From a virus (lineage: Duplodnaviria > Caudoviricetes): DNA of 64,000 nucleotides. The position numbers and the translations under genes are program-made. This document shows, one piece after another, positions 25,824 through 39,300 of the stretch (position 1 is its first letter; every line of letters begins with the position of its first letter). The stretch spans positions 32,001-96,000 of IMG/VR virus record IMGVR_UViG_3300031994_000044; one strand, 5' to 3'. Below the pieces are notes generated by a model. The model worked only from the letters and a program-made list of their open reading frames with translations, was not told the DNA's origin and did no database searches.

Positions 25824-28475
25824 TTATTCTAAATTAAAATAATTATTTCCGTAGTTTTGTAAATCAGCGAATGAATTGCATTCACTTAGTTTAAAATGTT
25901 TTTCCCATGCGGCGGCATTACCTCTATCAAATGTAATGTCAACATCAACATTGGGGTACTCAATTAAGTTATCAAAACTATCATCTGTATATAAATAGGC
26001 CCTTAATGAACTTTCTGGTGTCCATTGTGTGCCAACTTCCATTCCTATTATTTTAGATGGAATATATTCCCTATCTGCATTATAGTCATCACTGTGTGCC
26101 GTTTCTTTTGTTAATGAGTATTGTTTACAAAGTATATCAGCATTATAATATCCATCTATAACAGCATTTACAAAGAAGTTAGACTCATAATAATAGGTGT
26201 CAACATAATGGATACCACTTGTTTCAATATCTTCGCCCTCTGTGGCACCTATAATATATTCTATCATTGCTGTCCCTTTATTGTCTCCATCTTCATCGGA
26301 AATTGTACAGGCACTAACCATATCATATTTTACAACTTCGGTATCGCCGTCAGTATAAGTTTCTATATTAACTTTCTTTCCAACTTCAAATGGTAAGTTA
26401 TCCAAAGTTTTGGGGTGAATTTGCTTATCTATTGGTACGCCTGAACCTATATTGGTAAAACCATTGTTATATTTTACCATGTAATAATACTCTTTGCCTG
26501 GTGCTGCGTCTTCAACGGCATTAGGAACACATGGCAATATTAATATGTTTCTATATTTTGGATTACTCATATCAGAAAAGTCACATTCTTCCCCATCACC
26601 ACAAATAATATTTGAAGTATCACCTGTAACTTCTACACATTCACACCACTCATATGTTCTTGTTATCGTTTGTGTATAATATGTTATTGAAGAAATTGTT
26701 CTTATTTTTCCATCATCAGAATGACCATTAATTTGTTGCGTATCACCTGTGTCTATTGTACTTGCGGAACTAACTTCTTTTATACCAACAACTTGATAAC
26801 ATCCACTATGTGTTTTTGGTTTTTCTTCTGGCGTGTCATAAAGTATATTTGGACCAACATTATAAGTTCTGTCAAGATACCATTCTTCTTCACTATTTTG
26901 TACATAAAAATCAATCTTTGTGCGGGTATATCCTATTATTTCAGACTCACTACATTGGCCGCTATAAAATTTGCATTTAAATAATCTTTTACCAAGTGAT
27001 TCTTGCGGCGTATTGCCATTGAAATATGGCATTGCTCCATATAAATTACTATCAAAATAATATATATCTCTTCTTTTAATTAAGGTATCTAATTTTGATT
27101 CCACTTTAATTGGATTTGCGGTGAATGAATAAAATGCAGGGGTCAAGGCTGATTCTATTTCACCATCATCACCCTTTTCATATTCCATGGTTGCATCAAT
27201 AAGTTCACCGTCAACACCTACCGAATACTCATAAACAGCATAACTATATTCATTAACGAACTCGTTCTCAATTGCTAAATCAATTTCGATATTTGGTATG
27301 GCGAAATCAAAATAATAATCTTCAGTCACTTCCTCATAACCACTTACAATTAAATTTCCATCAAAAAGAACAGGTGTTATATCCATCAAGAAATATTTAA
27401 ACATTTTACCACCACGTTTATCCCATTCTTTTTTTATGTCTTCATTTGAATCTAAATATTCTTCATTTTCTTCAAACCATAAAAGATAGTCTTTATAATT
27501 AAGATAAAAAACTGAATTCGGAACTTTACTGCCAGTAATACGTTCACCATTGTATATTTCAGGCACTCTTATTTTACCTAAGATGTATTTTTCAAAATCA
27601 TATATAAAGCGCAATGAAACTGGTTTTTCATAGTTACTGTCAAAAACCATTTTTTCCCAATTCTCAACATACAAATAACCATAAAATGTATTCCACCCAT
27701 TTGTCCACCATTCATTCCATTTGTTTTCTTTTTCAAGATAATCATCATAGTTATCTATTATGAAAATTCTGTCATTTTCGGTCATGGTAAACAAATCACC
27801 GTTATATGTGGAAACATCATCGACATCACCATCAGGGCCAATCACAAATTTTTCCATTTTGGCGATAAATATCTTTTCATCTTCAGGTAATTCGTCTAAA
27901 TCAATAAGACTGTTTTCAGTTATATTTTTATATCTAACTGTATTTTCCTCATTATATATGTATTTTCCATTGCTATATTCTTTTAACAGTGATGAATCAA
28001 CAAGAACACAGTTGAACATTGATTTTTCTTCACTGTCATCAGTGACAAACAAAGATGTCTTGATTAAATCATAATCAGTTACAGCAGAAGCAGAAACGCC
28101 ACAATTTTCCAACGGCTCTTCAGGTGAAACACAATCAGTATGTGTTATATCCTCATAATTATAACTTATTCTTTTTAATATTTTACCTTGTTCTATTACT
28201 CCAATTGTGCTGTTATACCATCTAAGTGCATCAAGATACTTTAGCCTTGATAATTCAGTATATTTAACAGTATCAATTTGTGTTTGAGTGTCTTGATTTT
28301 TATTGCGTTGAATTAACACAAAATCACATGGAAACATTCCATAATTACTTTTGCTTGATGTGGAAATAACATAATTTATGGCATTATTCTCATCGTCTTT
28401 GGGTATGTATGATGAGATGCCATTTCTATGACTTATTAAATTATCAAGACATATTTTTTTTCTTATAGTTTCCAT
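25824..28475 (-). CDS. large putative structural protein
   Basis: 883 aa acidic ORF; operon context. Confidence 0.55.
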   Translation of the reverse strand: METIRKKICLDNLISHRNGISSYIPKDDENNAINYVISTSSKSNYGMFPCDFVLIQRNKNQDTQTQIDTVKYTELSRLKYLDALRWYNSTIGVIEQGKILKRISYNYEDITHTDCVSPEEPLENCGVSASAVTDYDLIKTSLFVTDDSEEKSMFNCVLVDSSLLKEYSNGKYIYNEENTVRYKNITENSLIDLDELPEDEKIFIAKMEKFVIGPDGDVDDVSTYNGDLFTMTENDRIFIIDNYDDYLEKENKWNEWWTNGWNTFYGYLYVENWEKMVFDSNYEKPVSLRFIYDFEKYILGKIRVPEIYNGERITGSKVPNSVFYLNYKDYLLWFEENEEYLDSNEDIKKEWDKRGGKMFKYFLMDITPVLFDGNLIVSGYEEVTEDYYFDFAIPNIEIDLAIENEFVNEYSYAVYEYSVGVDGELIDATMEYEKGDDGEIESALTPAFYSFTANPIKVESKLDTLIKRRDIYYFDSNLYGAMPYFNGNTPQESLGKRLFKCKFYSGQCSESEIIGYTRTKIDFYVQNSEEEWYLDRTYNVGPNILYDTPEEKPKTHSGCYQVVGIKEVSSASTIDTGDTQQINGHSDDGKIRTISSITYYTQTITRTYEWCECVEVTGDTSNIICGDGEECDFSDMSNPKYRNILILPCVPNAVEDAAPGKEYYYMVKYNNGFTNIGSGVPIDKQIHPKTLDNLPFEVGKKVNIETYTDGDTEVVKYDMVSACTISDEDGDNKGTAMIEYIIGATEGEDIETSGIHYVDTYYYESNFFVNAVIDGYYNADILCKQYSLTKETAHSDDYNADREYIPSKIIGMEVGTQWTPESSLRAYLYTDDSFDNLIEYPNVDVDITFDRGNAAAWEKHFKLSECNSFADLQNYGNNYFNLE

Positions 28476-28479
28476 GTTT

Positions 28480-30426
28480 TTAATTTTGTTGTATTGTTAA
28501 TTTAGGCTCAAATAAGCACAGTTTCAAATCACCATTTTCACATTGGCATTTGGTACCGTCTATTATATAGATGTATTTATCGTCAAGTTTTTTAATTGTT
28601 ATCGGTATGAAAAGATTTTCAATAAAGTTTTCAATTGTAAGTTCTTCTTTCGGCATTACAATCATTGGCATAGTTTTACCATTTCCAGCGTGATTGAATT
28701 CGACTTTCATATAAATAGTTTTCTCTGTATTTCCTTCGGGTATATCGTCGGAAAACAGATAAATATTAAAGCCTTCTGAACATTTTTCCCTATCATACTC
28801 ATTGGTTATTCTTATTGTAGTGTCAACCCTACAATTAGCATCCTCATTTTCACAGAAAACAACCTTAACATTATCAACATTGGGACTTCCATCAACAAAT
28901 GGATTAATCTTGATAACTTCTTCAGGGCTGTCTTCAATAAATGATTTTTGTTTTAAAAATTTAGAGAATAATTCACCACTGTCAAGAAATACAGTTGAAT
29001 AATATAATAATTTTTGCTCAATCGGAACATTTGAATCATAAAATGAAAATCTGAAAAATGATTTACTTACTTTACTCTTTCTATAAAATATATCATTATC
29101 AGTAAAATTAAGAAAACCAATTAAATCCGATGTCATTCCACTTTGTTCGACAAATTGCTGAATATCTTCCGGATTACCGCTTCCCTCGTAATTATTCCAA
29201 TATATATTGTAATTTTCATCAGGGTCTATATACCATCCGTCTTCATATACATTGCCTGATGTCATTAAAGTATTGTTGTTATTGTTGGGGTCAACTTTTA
29301 CTCTTTCCCTGAAATGATTGTAAATTGTAATTGAAGTTAATGGTAAATATGTATAAGAAGTTATAGGCGGATATGTAGGTGTCACAGACGAAACAACTTC
29401 ATATGGCGAATATTTAACACGCTCCATGTCTATAAAATCAGGTATTAAAGACTCTTCAATTTTTTCAGCAAAGGTTTCACTGAAAAGGTCTTCTGTGCCT
29501 AAATTTGTCTCATTTGCGTCATTTGACAGGCCTAAACTGACGCTATAATATGATTTATCAATACAAAAACTATTATTATTAAAACCATCATTGGCATATT
29601 TAACTGTTGTTGTGTCAATTAATGAATCAAACCAACTGTCACCGTAAAAACAGCAGTGTTTTACAGAATTTCCGTATGAATCCTTGTCATTAGGATATGT
29701 TCTGTAAAAATAATATGGATTGTATTTAAATTCAATATATGTTGCGCCTGAACTTTCCAATTCGTTGAAATCAGTCAATATGAATTCAGTAGTACTTTCT
29801 GATTCAGGGAAAAAGTTATAATGCCTTGTTTCTATATAATCATAATTTTTACCACATGTTTCATTGTACTCAACACTTGTAAGACAGTCTTCTATTGTCA
29901 TTTGTGCGGTCGAACCAGTTGGATTTATTGACGGTTTTCCCTCATCTCTTCTGTATTTTTGTAAAGAATATATACCATGATATGTTCCAAGCAAATTACC
30001 GTTATAATCTTTAAAATAAACTTCTTGCCCTATTCCATGTAAATTAAATGTTACTGCATTCAAATCTTGCGGAAACATATAGTGGCTTGAATTACAAGTT
30101 ATTATATAATAAGTCCCGTTTTCACTGCTTTTTAATTCAAAGAAATTTTCAGGCAATGCTATTTTTATTGTGCTTGGTAATGTTGCGTGTAATATATGGT
30201 CCGAATCCTCATATTTAATTGTGGAATAGTCATTAAACGAAACCATTCCATTCTCTTCATATCTAACAGTTCTATTGAAATATATCTTATCCCCTTCATC
30301 CAAAAAATAACAAGTATTATCATTAAGTTTGATAACAAGTTCATTGTCTCGTTCACAAACATAATCATAATTTAATTGTTCAAGCCCGTTAACAGGGGTA
30401 TTTCTATTTATTTTAACAACATCCAT
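28480..30426 (-). CDS. putative structural protein
   Basis: 648 aa; FFRFSFYDS and IYMKVEFNHAGNG beta-rich motifs; operon context. Confidence 0.55.
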   Translation of the reverse strand: MDVVKINRNTPVNGLEQLNYDYVCERDNELVIKLNDNTCYFLDEGDKIYFNRTVRYEENGMVSFNDYSTIKYEDSDHILHATLPSTIKIALPENFFELKSSENGTYYIITCNSSHYMFPQDLNAVTFNLHGIGQEVYFKDYNGNLLGTYHGIYSLQKYRRDEGKPSINPTGSTAQMTIEDCLTSVEYNETCGKNYDYIETRHYNFFPESESTTEFILTDFNELESSGATYIEFKYNPYYFYRTYPNDKDSYGNSVKHCCFYGDSWFDSLIDTTTVKYANDGFNNNSFCIDKSYYSVSLGLSNDANETNLGTEDLFSETFAEKIEESLIPDFIDMERVKYSPYEVVSSVTPTYPPITSYTYLPLTSITIYNHFRERVKVDPNNNNNTLMTSGNVYEDGWYIDPDENYNIYWNNYEGSGNPEDIQQFVEQSGMTSDLIGFLNFTDNDIFYRKSKVSKSFFRFSFYDSNVPIEQKLLYYSTVFLDSGELFSKFLKQKSFIEDSPEEVIKINPFVDGSPNVDNVKVVFCENEDANCRVDTTIRITNEYDREKCSEGFNIYLFSDDIPEGNTEKTIYMKVEFNHAGNGKTMPMIVMPKEELTIENFIENLFIPITIKKLDDKYIYIIDGTKCQCENGDLKLCLFEPKLTIQQN

Positions 30427-30427
30427 T

Positions 30428-33295
30428 TTAATAACAGGTATTTAAAAGATTATCAACTTGATATGCCATGTCATATACATCAGGCCTATATTGCCCATAT
30501 ACAGTATATTGTACGGCTGGATTTGGAATTAGTCTTTGGGTGTGTCTAAACAACGGATAACTAAGACCATAATCGCCATAAGGGTCTTGTCTTCTTAAAA
30601 AGAAATTAATGTTCTTCTGTACATATATGCGACCATTTGAAAATGGTAATTTGGTTAATTCATTGTTTTTATCCAATTGTGACACTTTTAATAATGGTCT
30701 CCATGAAAATTCTTTTGAATTTAAAGAGAACTTAGCATATGTAGGGACACTATCACCGCTCCAAAACATAAAGATTCTTCTTTCACCATTTCCGGGTGCA
30801 AAATATTCGGTATGATTCAATATATCCATGTCGTCAAAGCAGCTTTCGTCAAAATAAACAGTTAAAATCATATCTTTGAATGATTTTATCATTCCCCAAT
30901 ATATGTTATGTGTGACTTTATCATAAACAGCAACATAATCACCGTTAATAAATCCAAAATCAATGGGAACCCTCACCTTAAGTATACATCCTTCAACTCC
31001 ATATTCGTGGTGTATTTCTGAAGTTTCATAACCTGTAGGTGGTGTTGCTGTTTTTGCATTACTTGGCTCATAATAGTCATATACATATTCTTTTCTGATA
31101 ATAACTCCATCACGAATTGTATAAACAACATTCTGGCCAGTTAATTCATAATTATCATAATTTATATACTCGGCTGAAGAATGTTTTAAATCACCCTCTT
31201 GTCTTAATTTAATTTTTGAATGTGGATTGTAAAAATATCCTTCAGGATGTATGTTGAAAAAAACTAAATTTTTACAGTCATCATCATCGTCTTCTTCATG
31301 CAAACTATTTGCTATGTCATTACGATAGTATCTTTTTACTTCAAATTTAGAATTATTACCTTTGGAATCTTTTATGTTATTTGCTATATCATAATCATCA
31401 TGGGTAATAACATCTTCAAATAGACTGGTGAATTCGCTTTTAAATATTTCTCGTTGCATTGTATTGAATCTGTGGAAGATATTGGCAATTGGTAAGGTTT
31501 CATATTGATAATCATTAAATTCAACAATATCACCATAGAATAAGTCATTATCAATTGTAATATCTTCTTCAATAACTTTAGGCCTTCCGTTTAATACAGT
31601 CTCTCCCCACGCTGAAAATGTATTTTTTATTTGTTGTATTGTCGTTGCGGAAGTTTCTCCTGTTATTGTATCACAAATACCACTATCCATATTGTGTAAA
31701 TAATGGATATTGTAATCAAATGGTTCTTCTGTAATATCAACGCCACTAAAATCAATTCCACTTGTTAATGGTCCGAAACAATGTGAATATTCAACATCTG
31801 ATGTGGTTAAATTTCTATCATAATACCATTCGTCATGCCCCGCATTTCTTTTTACCACTGTTAAAAAAACTTCTGAGACTTCTCGACCATTTTCATCTAA
31901 AAGTCCACATAAATTCACATCATCTGTGAAAATTATTTGGGCAATGTCATCACCATATATATTTTTTGAGAACGCTGCCTTATTGACATCACTTATCAAA
32001 TTTTCATCATTTATATTTTTTAATTTTTTAAAAATTCTGACATAATAATTTGATTCACATCCGCTTATAACTCTTTTGTAAAAACATCCGAATAAGTCTA
32101 AATTTTCATATATTGTTTTTATATCATCATATCTTACAGAAAATATTCTGTCTTTATTTCTACCGTTTAAATCACCAGTTGAATAAACCTTGACTTCTTT
32201 TTGATATCTTTGGAAATCCAATTTGGTTGCAGGGTCTGTCGTTTTATCGACTCTATAATAGTAGAAATTAACAGTGGACCTACTTGTTAAATTGTGTTTA
32301 AAATATGAACTGCATTGAAGTAATTTAATCCCATTTGAATTGGTTACGGTTTTTATATTGGCTCTTATTTCGCCATTTTCCCCACCACAAATTTCATTGA
32401 TTAATTTATAATCTTTAGCATACGGATATGTTATACAATAGTCCCAATTATTTTCAACTCTTCTTCTGTAGTTATTGTATTTTGGTATGAAAGAGAATAA
32501 ACTTCTATCGGGATATAAATCAATAAACTCACATGGTTTATTACCCGCAAGCATTTCATTAATTGTAATGTCATCATTGTCCCTATTAGGTATGTTTATT
32601 GTTCCAGGATTAGTAAAACCCCACCATCCTTCATCTTCACGGCATCTTAAATTAAAAGCATCTTTTAATGTATATAACGAATCGGTTCCATATAAATGTC
32701 TTGGCTTTTCTCCCGTCTCATCACATATTACATGTAAATTTTCTCTGATAATATTTCCTTTGTCATCTCTTAAATAATCTCGAATTGTATTGTAATAGGC
32801 ATAAATATCGTTTACTGTCGTGTCGGCTGAATTAACTTTGTTTACATGAATAAAAGTTTTCTTTCTAAGCATATGGTTATTAAAAATATCAACACCACAA
32901 TGATATTTGAAATTACCGCAAGATGGATGTGAATATTCTGTGTTTCGTATCGCGGTAGAATGATTTACTGGGTCTGTTTCATTTATCGCAGATACAGGTT
33001 TAGGTAAAGAATTAAACTCATCCAAACATTTTGTGTTATCTGAACCCTCATCCGTTACGATTTCAGTGATTGCATTAAAAAGTACATTAGAGCATAATGG
33101 ATTTACATCCAATATGACCCTATATGAACAACATTCATCACGTTCCTTGATATATTGGTCATAAATAGAAAATTCATCAACGAGGCTTTCATCCGGTAAA
33201 AGTCTGTTTTTTACTTCCAAATCAGTATTTATTTGATTTTCAACATTGTTTGAAAGTACACTTCTATTTTTTTCTAATAAACTTTTAATCATCAC
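30428..33295 (-). CDS. large putative structural protein
   Basis: 955 aa; operon context; C-terminal FFLRRQDP. Confidence 0.55.
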   Translation of the reverse strand: MMIKSLLEKNRSVLSNNVENQINTDLEVKNRLLPDESLVDEFSIYDQYIKERDECCSYRVILDVNPLCSNVLFNAITEIVTDEGSDNTKCLDEFNSLPKPVSAINETDPVNHSTAIRNTEYSHPSCGNFKYHCGVDIFNNHMLRKKTFIHVNKVNSADTTVNDIYAYYNTIRDYLRDDKGNIIRENLHVICDETGEKPRHLYGTDSLYTLKDAFNLRCREDEGWWGFTNPGTINIPNRDNDDITINEMLAGNKPCEFIDLYPDRSLFSFIPKYNNYRRRVENNWDYCITYPYAKDYKLINEICGGENGEIRANIKTVTNSNGIKLLQCSSYFKHNLTSRSTVNFYYYRVDKTTDPATKLDFQRYQKEVKVYSTGDLNGRNKDRIFSVRYDDIKTIYENLDLFGCFYKRVISGCESNYYVRIFKKLKNINDENLISDVNKAAFSKNIYGDDIAQIIFTDDVNLCGLLDENGREVSEVFLTVVKRNAGHDEWYYDRNLTTSDVEYSHCFGPLTSGIDFSGVDITEEPFDYNIHYLHNMDSGICDTITGETSATTIQQIKNTFSAWGETVLNGRPKVIEEDITIDNDLFYGDIVEFNDYQYETLPIANIFHRFNTMQREIFKSEFTSLFEDVITHDDYDIANNIKDSKGNNSKFEVKRYYRNDIANSLHEEDDDDDCKNLVFFNIHPEGYFYNPHSKIKLRQEGDLKHSSAEYINYDNYELTGQNVVYTIRDGVIIRKEYVYDYYEPSNAKTATPPTGYETSEIHHEYGVEGCILKVRVPIDFGFINGDYVAVYDKVTHNIYWGMIKSFKDMILTVYFDESCFDDMDILNHTEYFAPGNGERRIFMFWSGDSVPTYAKFSLNSKEFSWRPLLKVSQLDKNNELTKLPFSNGRIYVQKNINFFLRRQDPYGDYGLSYPLFRHTQRLIPNPAVQYTVYGQYRPDVYDMAYQVDNLLNTCY

Positions 33296-33328
33296 TTTTA
33301 AGTATTATTCTATCATAATTAGTTCTTT

Positions 33329-36300
33329 TTAAGAATATCTGAACGGGTTTGGATAAACTTTATAAATATATGAATGCTGTCCATATTCACTGTCATAAAT
33401 TGTCTTAACACCAATGCCAAAAATGTGCTTTGTGTTTATATCAACATTTTGCAAACTATTTGCTTGTTCTATCGGGTATAACATTCCTTCTTGTTTTAAT
33501 TTTGTCATAAAATCTTTAAAATCGGGCCCATAATATTCATCATTTTCAAATTTAATTATTTGAATGTTATTGTCCGGATTACCGTTTCTTACTGTGTAAT
33601 TAATAACAGGTTTAAATGGCAAGTTTTCTTGTATACCCCACATAGCATTATATGTTCCTAATGTTACATCATTTAAGAATAAATCTATTTTGTTGTCATT
33701 AAGATTTTGTTGAGCATTGAATTCGTAATTAGCATAAACACTGCTCTCATTATTATCTTTATACCAGAAAGTAATACGGCTATGGCCTGTTGTACTAAAT
33801 ATTACATGCGCAATTACTGTTGTAAACCAAGTAGAAACAGAAATTGTTGAGTCTTCTTTAAAACGGAATAAAACCTCGTATTCTTTTTTATTTTGAAGTA
33901 CGGCCAAAAGACGATATACGTATTTTGAAAATTCAGGATTGTGATAATGATAACTTGTTGGTACATTAAACAACTTAACTTGATTCTCATCAATACACCC
34001 AATGAAATATCGTATATCTTCAGCACTTTCTCCATTTCCAATTATATCATAAATGTTATACGTAATTAAATTATATTTATAAAGTAAATTATCATAAAAA
34101 TTATAATTTTCTACTACATTAATAGTATTAGAAGGATTAAATGAGACGTTTTCAATTACATTAAATGCTAGCTTATTATGATAAGGACTCTCTAAATCAT
34201 AATATGATGGGTTATCATTATATTTTTCTATATTATATATTCTATCAACACTACTTGTCAATGTTAACCCATAAGTATCTGCACTCATAATAGGTGAATT
34301 AATAAATTCATCATATACTTTAGGCGTATTAGCAGCAAAGAAGCGTTCATTGTTATTATTTTTCATTGTAATACCATTATGTATTGAAATCAATTGGTTG
34401 CTATTAATATTTGTATTTACTGGTTCATTTGATGCCATAGACAAATTAAAACTACCATAAATTCTTGCATTATAATTAGCAAAGAAAGGTCTTTTCATAA
34501 CGGGATATATAAATGTTGGATAAATAATACCATATTTAACTGTCTCATCAGTTTGTTCTAATTGACTTATTAAATCTGCTTGATTTTTATAAGTTAAAAA
34601 CTTCAAATCACCATAAGGTAATGGTTTAAATACACACCCATAACCTTCATGGAAATAATCATCTTCAAAATCAAGGCTAACTGTATTATCATCATTTTTT
34701 TTCATTGTTCCATGATAAGAACCACCAACAGCATTATTACTGTTATACACTTGTGCGCAGTATTGATAAATACAATTACTGTCATTGGGTGCTTTGCTTA
34801 AATTATCATCTTCTTGAGTAATATTATTATTGCATTTATTAATACCATATGTAGGTGTTGTGCTTCTTGTATCATCCAAGAAAGACCCCGGTGGTAATGT
34901 TGTATAGTTTTTGCTACAATAAATATTAGGGTAAAGGCCATCGTTTATTGAACTTCCACCTTGTGTCGGCCATTGCGGGCTTCCCCATAATACTTTATTA
35001 CCACCTACAGCATATACATGACTATCAAATAGTCCTAAATTATTCTCTTTGAAGAACATGCTTCTAAAGAAATTTCTATTATAATTATCATCGTGTGTTT
35101 CAGCACCAATATCAGCCCAATTGTTCCACCAAAAATCTTGTGACATGTTAGAAAGAAGGTCATCTCGTTTAATACATTCTTGCCTAAATGTACTACCACT
35201 CAGATATAAACTAAGGTCACTATTGTCTTTAAATGTAATATTTGTTTGTAATATAGCACTAACTTCTTGTCCTTCAGGACATTGCCATACAATGCATAAA
35301 TCATAATTATCTCCTGGCTTTATTCCAAATGCTGCATACGCGTTTAATTCAGGAAAATAATCACAATATCTATCGTCCAATAGATTATTATTAAGGCTTA
35401 GGTTAAAACGATATGAAACATTTTCAGTGCCTTCACCATTATAAAGTGATTCGAAATTTTCAACAAAGACGAAACCACCTTCATATATCTCTCTACCACT
35501 ATTATTTGTTAAGCCATCACCTGATATCGGTTTTGTAAAATCAATAATAGAAGAATCATATCTAAATAAATCAATACCTATATTAATCTCAGCACTTACT
35601 TCAATGTCATCAGCATCAACAATAGTAACTATATACTTGCCAAAATTAAGCATTAAATTTTCACCATTTTCATTTATGATATAAAAATTATCTTTATTTA
35701 ATAAATCTATTAAATTTTGATTTTGTGTGGATGGATTAACTTGTAAAATATCGCCTGCATTATTATCAAATACGTATATTCTTTGATATGGTGTTGTAAG
35801 ACCTTCAGTTATTACATGGAGTGTTCCTTTACCCTCACAAAAACTAATTTCAGTACCCAATATTATCTTAGGCTCTGTTTTTATCTTTATTTCATCACAT
35901 TCAGCGTAAAATTGTTTATTAAACTCATCAAGAGCTGTAGCACCTTGTTTTAGCCCAAAATAGAAATAATAACTATTTTCATATTGTGGTAAATAATATG
36001 TACTGCCACTTTTAATTAAAAATTTCTGTTTACAATCATTGAGAGACACATTCCCATCATCACCTCGCTCTAAACCGAATCTATACACATAATAATCAAT
36101 ACTTGTTGTTTCTAAAGTTCTTGTTTGTGTGTATGCACTTTCTTCCGGGTCTGAATTACTAGTAATACCATATGCACTTAAATTTTCATCCATCACTTTT
36201 ATATGAGCATTATATGGATTATCAGTACTACCGTCATGAACAAGTTTATTAAATGCTCCATCGAAATTAATTGGATGGATAAATTCAAAATCATAGAATC

Positions 36301-39300
36301 TGTAACCTGTTTTAGGATTTCTTTTTGTTGCAATTAATCTTTTTTTGTTTAAAGTTGCAAACATTGACCTAAAATCTGTATCTGTTATCTCACCTGATGA
36401 TATAAAACCACTTGGAACTGTGTATACATATTTAAGTTTACCATCAGATGTCAACTCTCTAACATCTTCATGACGTTGTGACATACTTGTACCAATTTCA
36501 CAAATTCTTTCCAAATTAATACAACTCTTGATGTTAGTTTGTGAATTTATACAAGATAATCCTAAGAAATGGCCGCCAGGATAATACATCTTAGATTTAT
36601 CTATTTTTCCCTGACCAGGACCCGTCCAATTCCATGATATACCAGCGGCTTCTGTCATGGCTATGGTATCATTATAGACATTTTCATTAGGAAAATACGT
36701 ACTATCACTTATATTATACTGTTTAGTACCTTTAAAATAATCTAATTCTTTTTCTAATGGTCCTTTATGTGTTTCGGTGATTCCTGTTGGTGTGGGTATC
36801 GTTATTACAACATCTTTTCCTAACATTTCAGTTATTCCGTTTTTAACAATACCTGAAGTTGGTTCATCACTAATACACACAGTCCCTCCATCTTTTGCAT
36901 ATAATGGGCCATTTGTATCCATGTTTGTTAATGCCAAATTAGTTGGCATTATATATGATGTGCTTGTTAAATGTGTAAATGTTTTAGGAAGACCATTTAA
37001 GTCACAATCATTAAATGTACCAAGCAAAATTATGTCTGTTGCATAAAGGTTTGTTTTTTTATCATCAGTCCTAAATTCACATGGTTTTAAATAATAAACC
37101 TTTTGGCCTTTTAAAGTTGTACCTTCATGGCATATACCGCCATTTTGAGGCCCGAAAACAAGTGCCCTTTTTATTCCGCGTTGTTTATGAAAATTGTTTT
37201 CTTGCTTGATTTGAGAATCCAGGTTAAGATTAGGTTTAGGAACATTTGATATTGTTCTATGGCCTGAAATCGTATAATCAGGCTGATAACCAATTGAACA
37301 TTGTTGCACATATTTCCTAACTCTACGGAAAATTTTTGTGTCATCCATACAACCTTTAATCTTATCTTTAACCCATGTAATACCCAAAAACTTGACTTTT
37401 TTGTTTATGTATCTCATCCATCTAGGGTTATATATCGTGCCATTAATCCAATCATTATAAAAATCAAAATTAATCACATTATATTCCTGCGCCAAATTCA
37501 TTTCAATACAAGCAATTAAATAATCAATTTTTGTTGTAAGACAGACACTTTCAAATTCTGTTTCACCACTACTAGTCTGTATAGCTTTTTCGGGTTGATT
37601 ATTTTGTGAATCAATTGATTCGGGGTCATTTTGTTCTAATTCACCTTCTGCTACGCTGCATAAAGTTCTTTTAAGTAGGTCAATTTGCCAATACATTTTT
37701 TCATCAATGTCAGTGCTTAATGTGTAATTATGATAAATGTTTGAATTTAAATTGGGATGATTGGAAAGAAAAGAATCACAATTGCCATCTTCATCACTAT
37801 ACTTTAAAAGTATTCCACAATTATTAGTTAAGCCGGTGTAGTTGACATCATCGTTATTATAATTAATGTGTTCATCATTAGTACCTTCATCATCCTCTTT
37901 ATTTAAAAATGAGGCCTTAATTTCTTTCTGGTCAGTACATCCTTTATATATATAAGCATTTTCATCAAATTGTTTATAACAAGGTGCGAAATACCAATTA
38001 TCCAAATCAGGACAAAGGCCGTCTGTTAATACAATTAATCTTAATTTATTAAGCGTTTTTGCAACAAGTCCTCTTGCTTTTTTAAAACCTCTAATACGAT
38101 TAACAAACCATCCAAGGAATCTAAATACCCACACAGTTACAGTATTAACAATTGAGCAAATAAAAATATAAGCCTTTATCAATATGCACATAATAATGAA
38201 CATTAATGGCAATTTAATTCTTATATTATTATATGGTATTGGATTATTTGACCCAAATTTATTGCAATGTTTAATTCCTGAGAATTTTTCTTTTTTCCAA
38301 TTGTTATGTTTCTGTATTCTTGGGATATATGATTTTACAGAATAAACATTATTCCAGAATAAATCTCTGAATGAATCGTCTTTGGTGTATGTACCGAACT
38401 CATAATCATAATCTTCTGTTTTGTTTTGTGGATTATGTGGGACCAAAACTTTGGCTCTATAGTAGAAATCAGGATTGTCTTCTGTGTCGTTCATTGAAAT
38501 TCTAAATCTCACGGAAGCCCTTGTTGCTATACCTTTCTCAGGGTCATCTGTTGGGACCATATTACCGAATTCGTCAGTGACCATATAATCAAGATTCATG
38601 GGTATTTGATAACACCAAACACCATCAGCATTAATTAACTTATTTCCTTTGATTTGGAACTCTTCTACACTTCCGCCGGGAGTTTTCCTAATCATTTCGA
38701 TAGTACCCTCACCTGTGGTAAGTTCATCCATATATCCCATTGCGTCAGTGGGGATACATTTGGCTGAATAACCGTTAGAAACATTATCGCTGAATATCGA
38801 ACCCATGAATACACAGGTAGGCTCGAATTTAAAGTTAACATCAATATCACAACGGCTGAGGCCTATTGTTTCTCCAAGACTGCTATTCCCCCAAAATGGG
38901 TTTACAGTTACTACTTGGTCTTGTGTGAATATTTGGCTGAGATTACCATAATCTGTTCCGCTTTTGAATTTTGTAGGGCTTTCAAATTGTTCTATTGTAT
39001 AGCCTTTATAAACAAAATCTCTTGGTTTTTGGGATAATATACCACAGTCGGACAAATCTAAATCCATGTGCAATGTATGTGTACCCACAGGAACACCGCA
39101 AATCATATAGTCACCTGCATTATTGGTTTTGGTTGTATATGTATAATAATTGTCAAAAACTTCTAATATAACGTCATTATCAAGAGCATATCTTTTTGTT
39201 GGAAAAGTACCTACGACTTGATGACATCCATCAACACGGTCATTAGGTAAAAGATTATATCTAACACCGTTTTTATCTCTTCCAACAGTGCTTTTAAATG

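Noticed and set aside
21961-33168. Intragenic ATAAATAG copies (21961, 25991, 28711, 33161) as promoters
   Set aside because: Several chance hits are expected at this base composition; only intergenic, correctly oriented copies were kept
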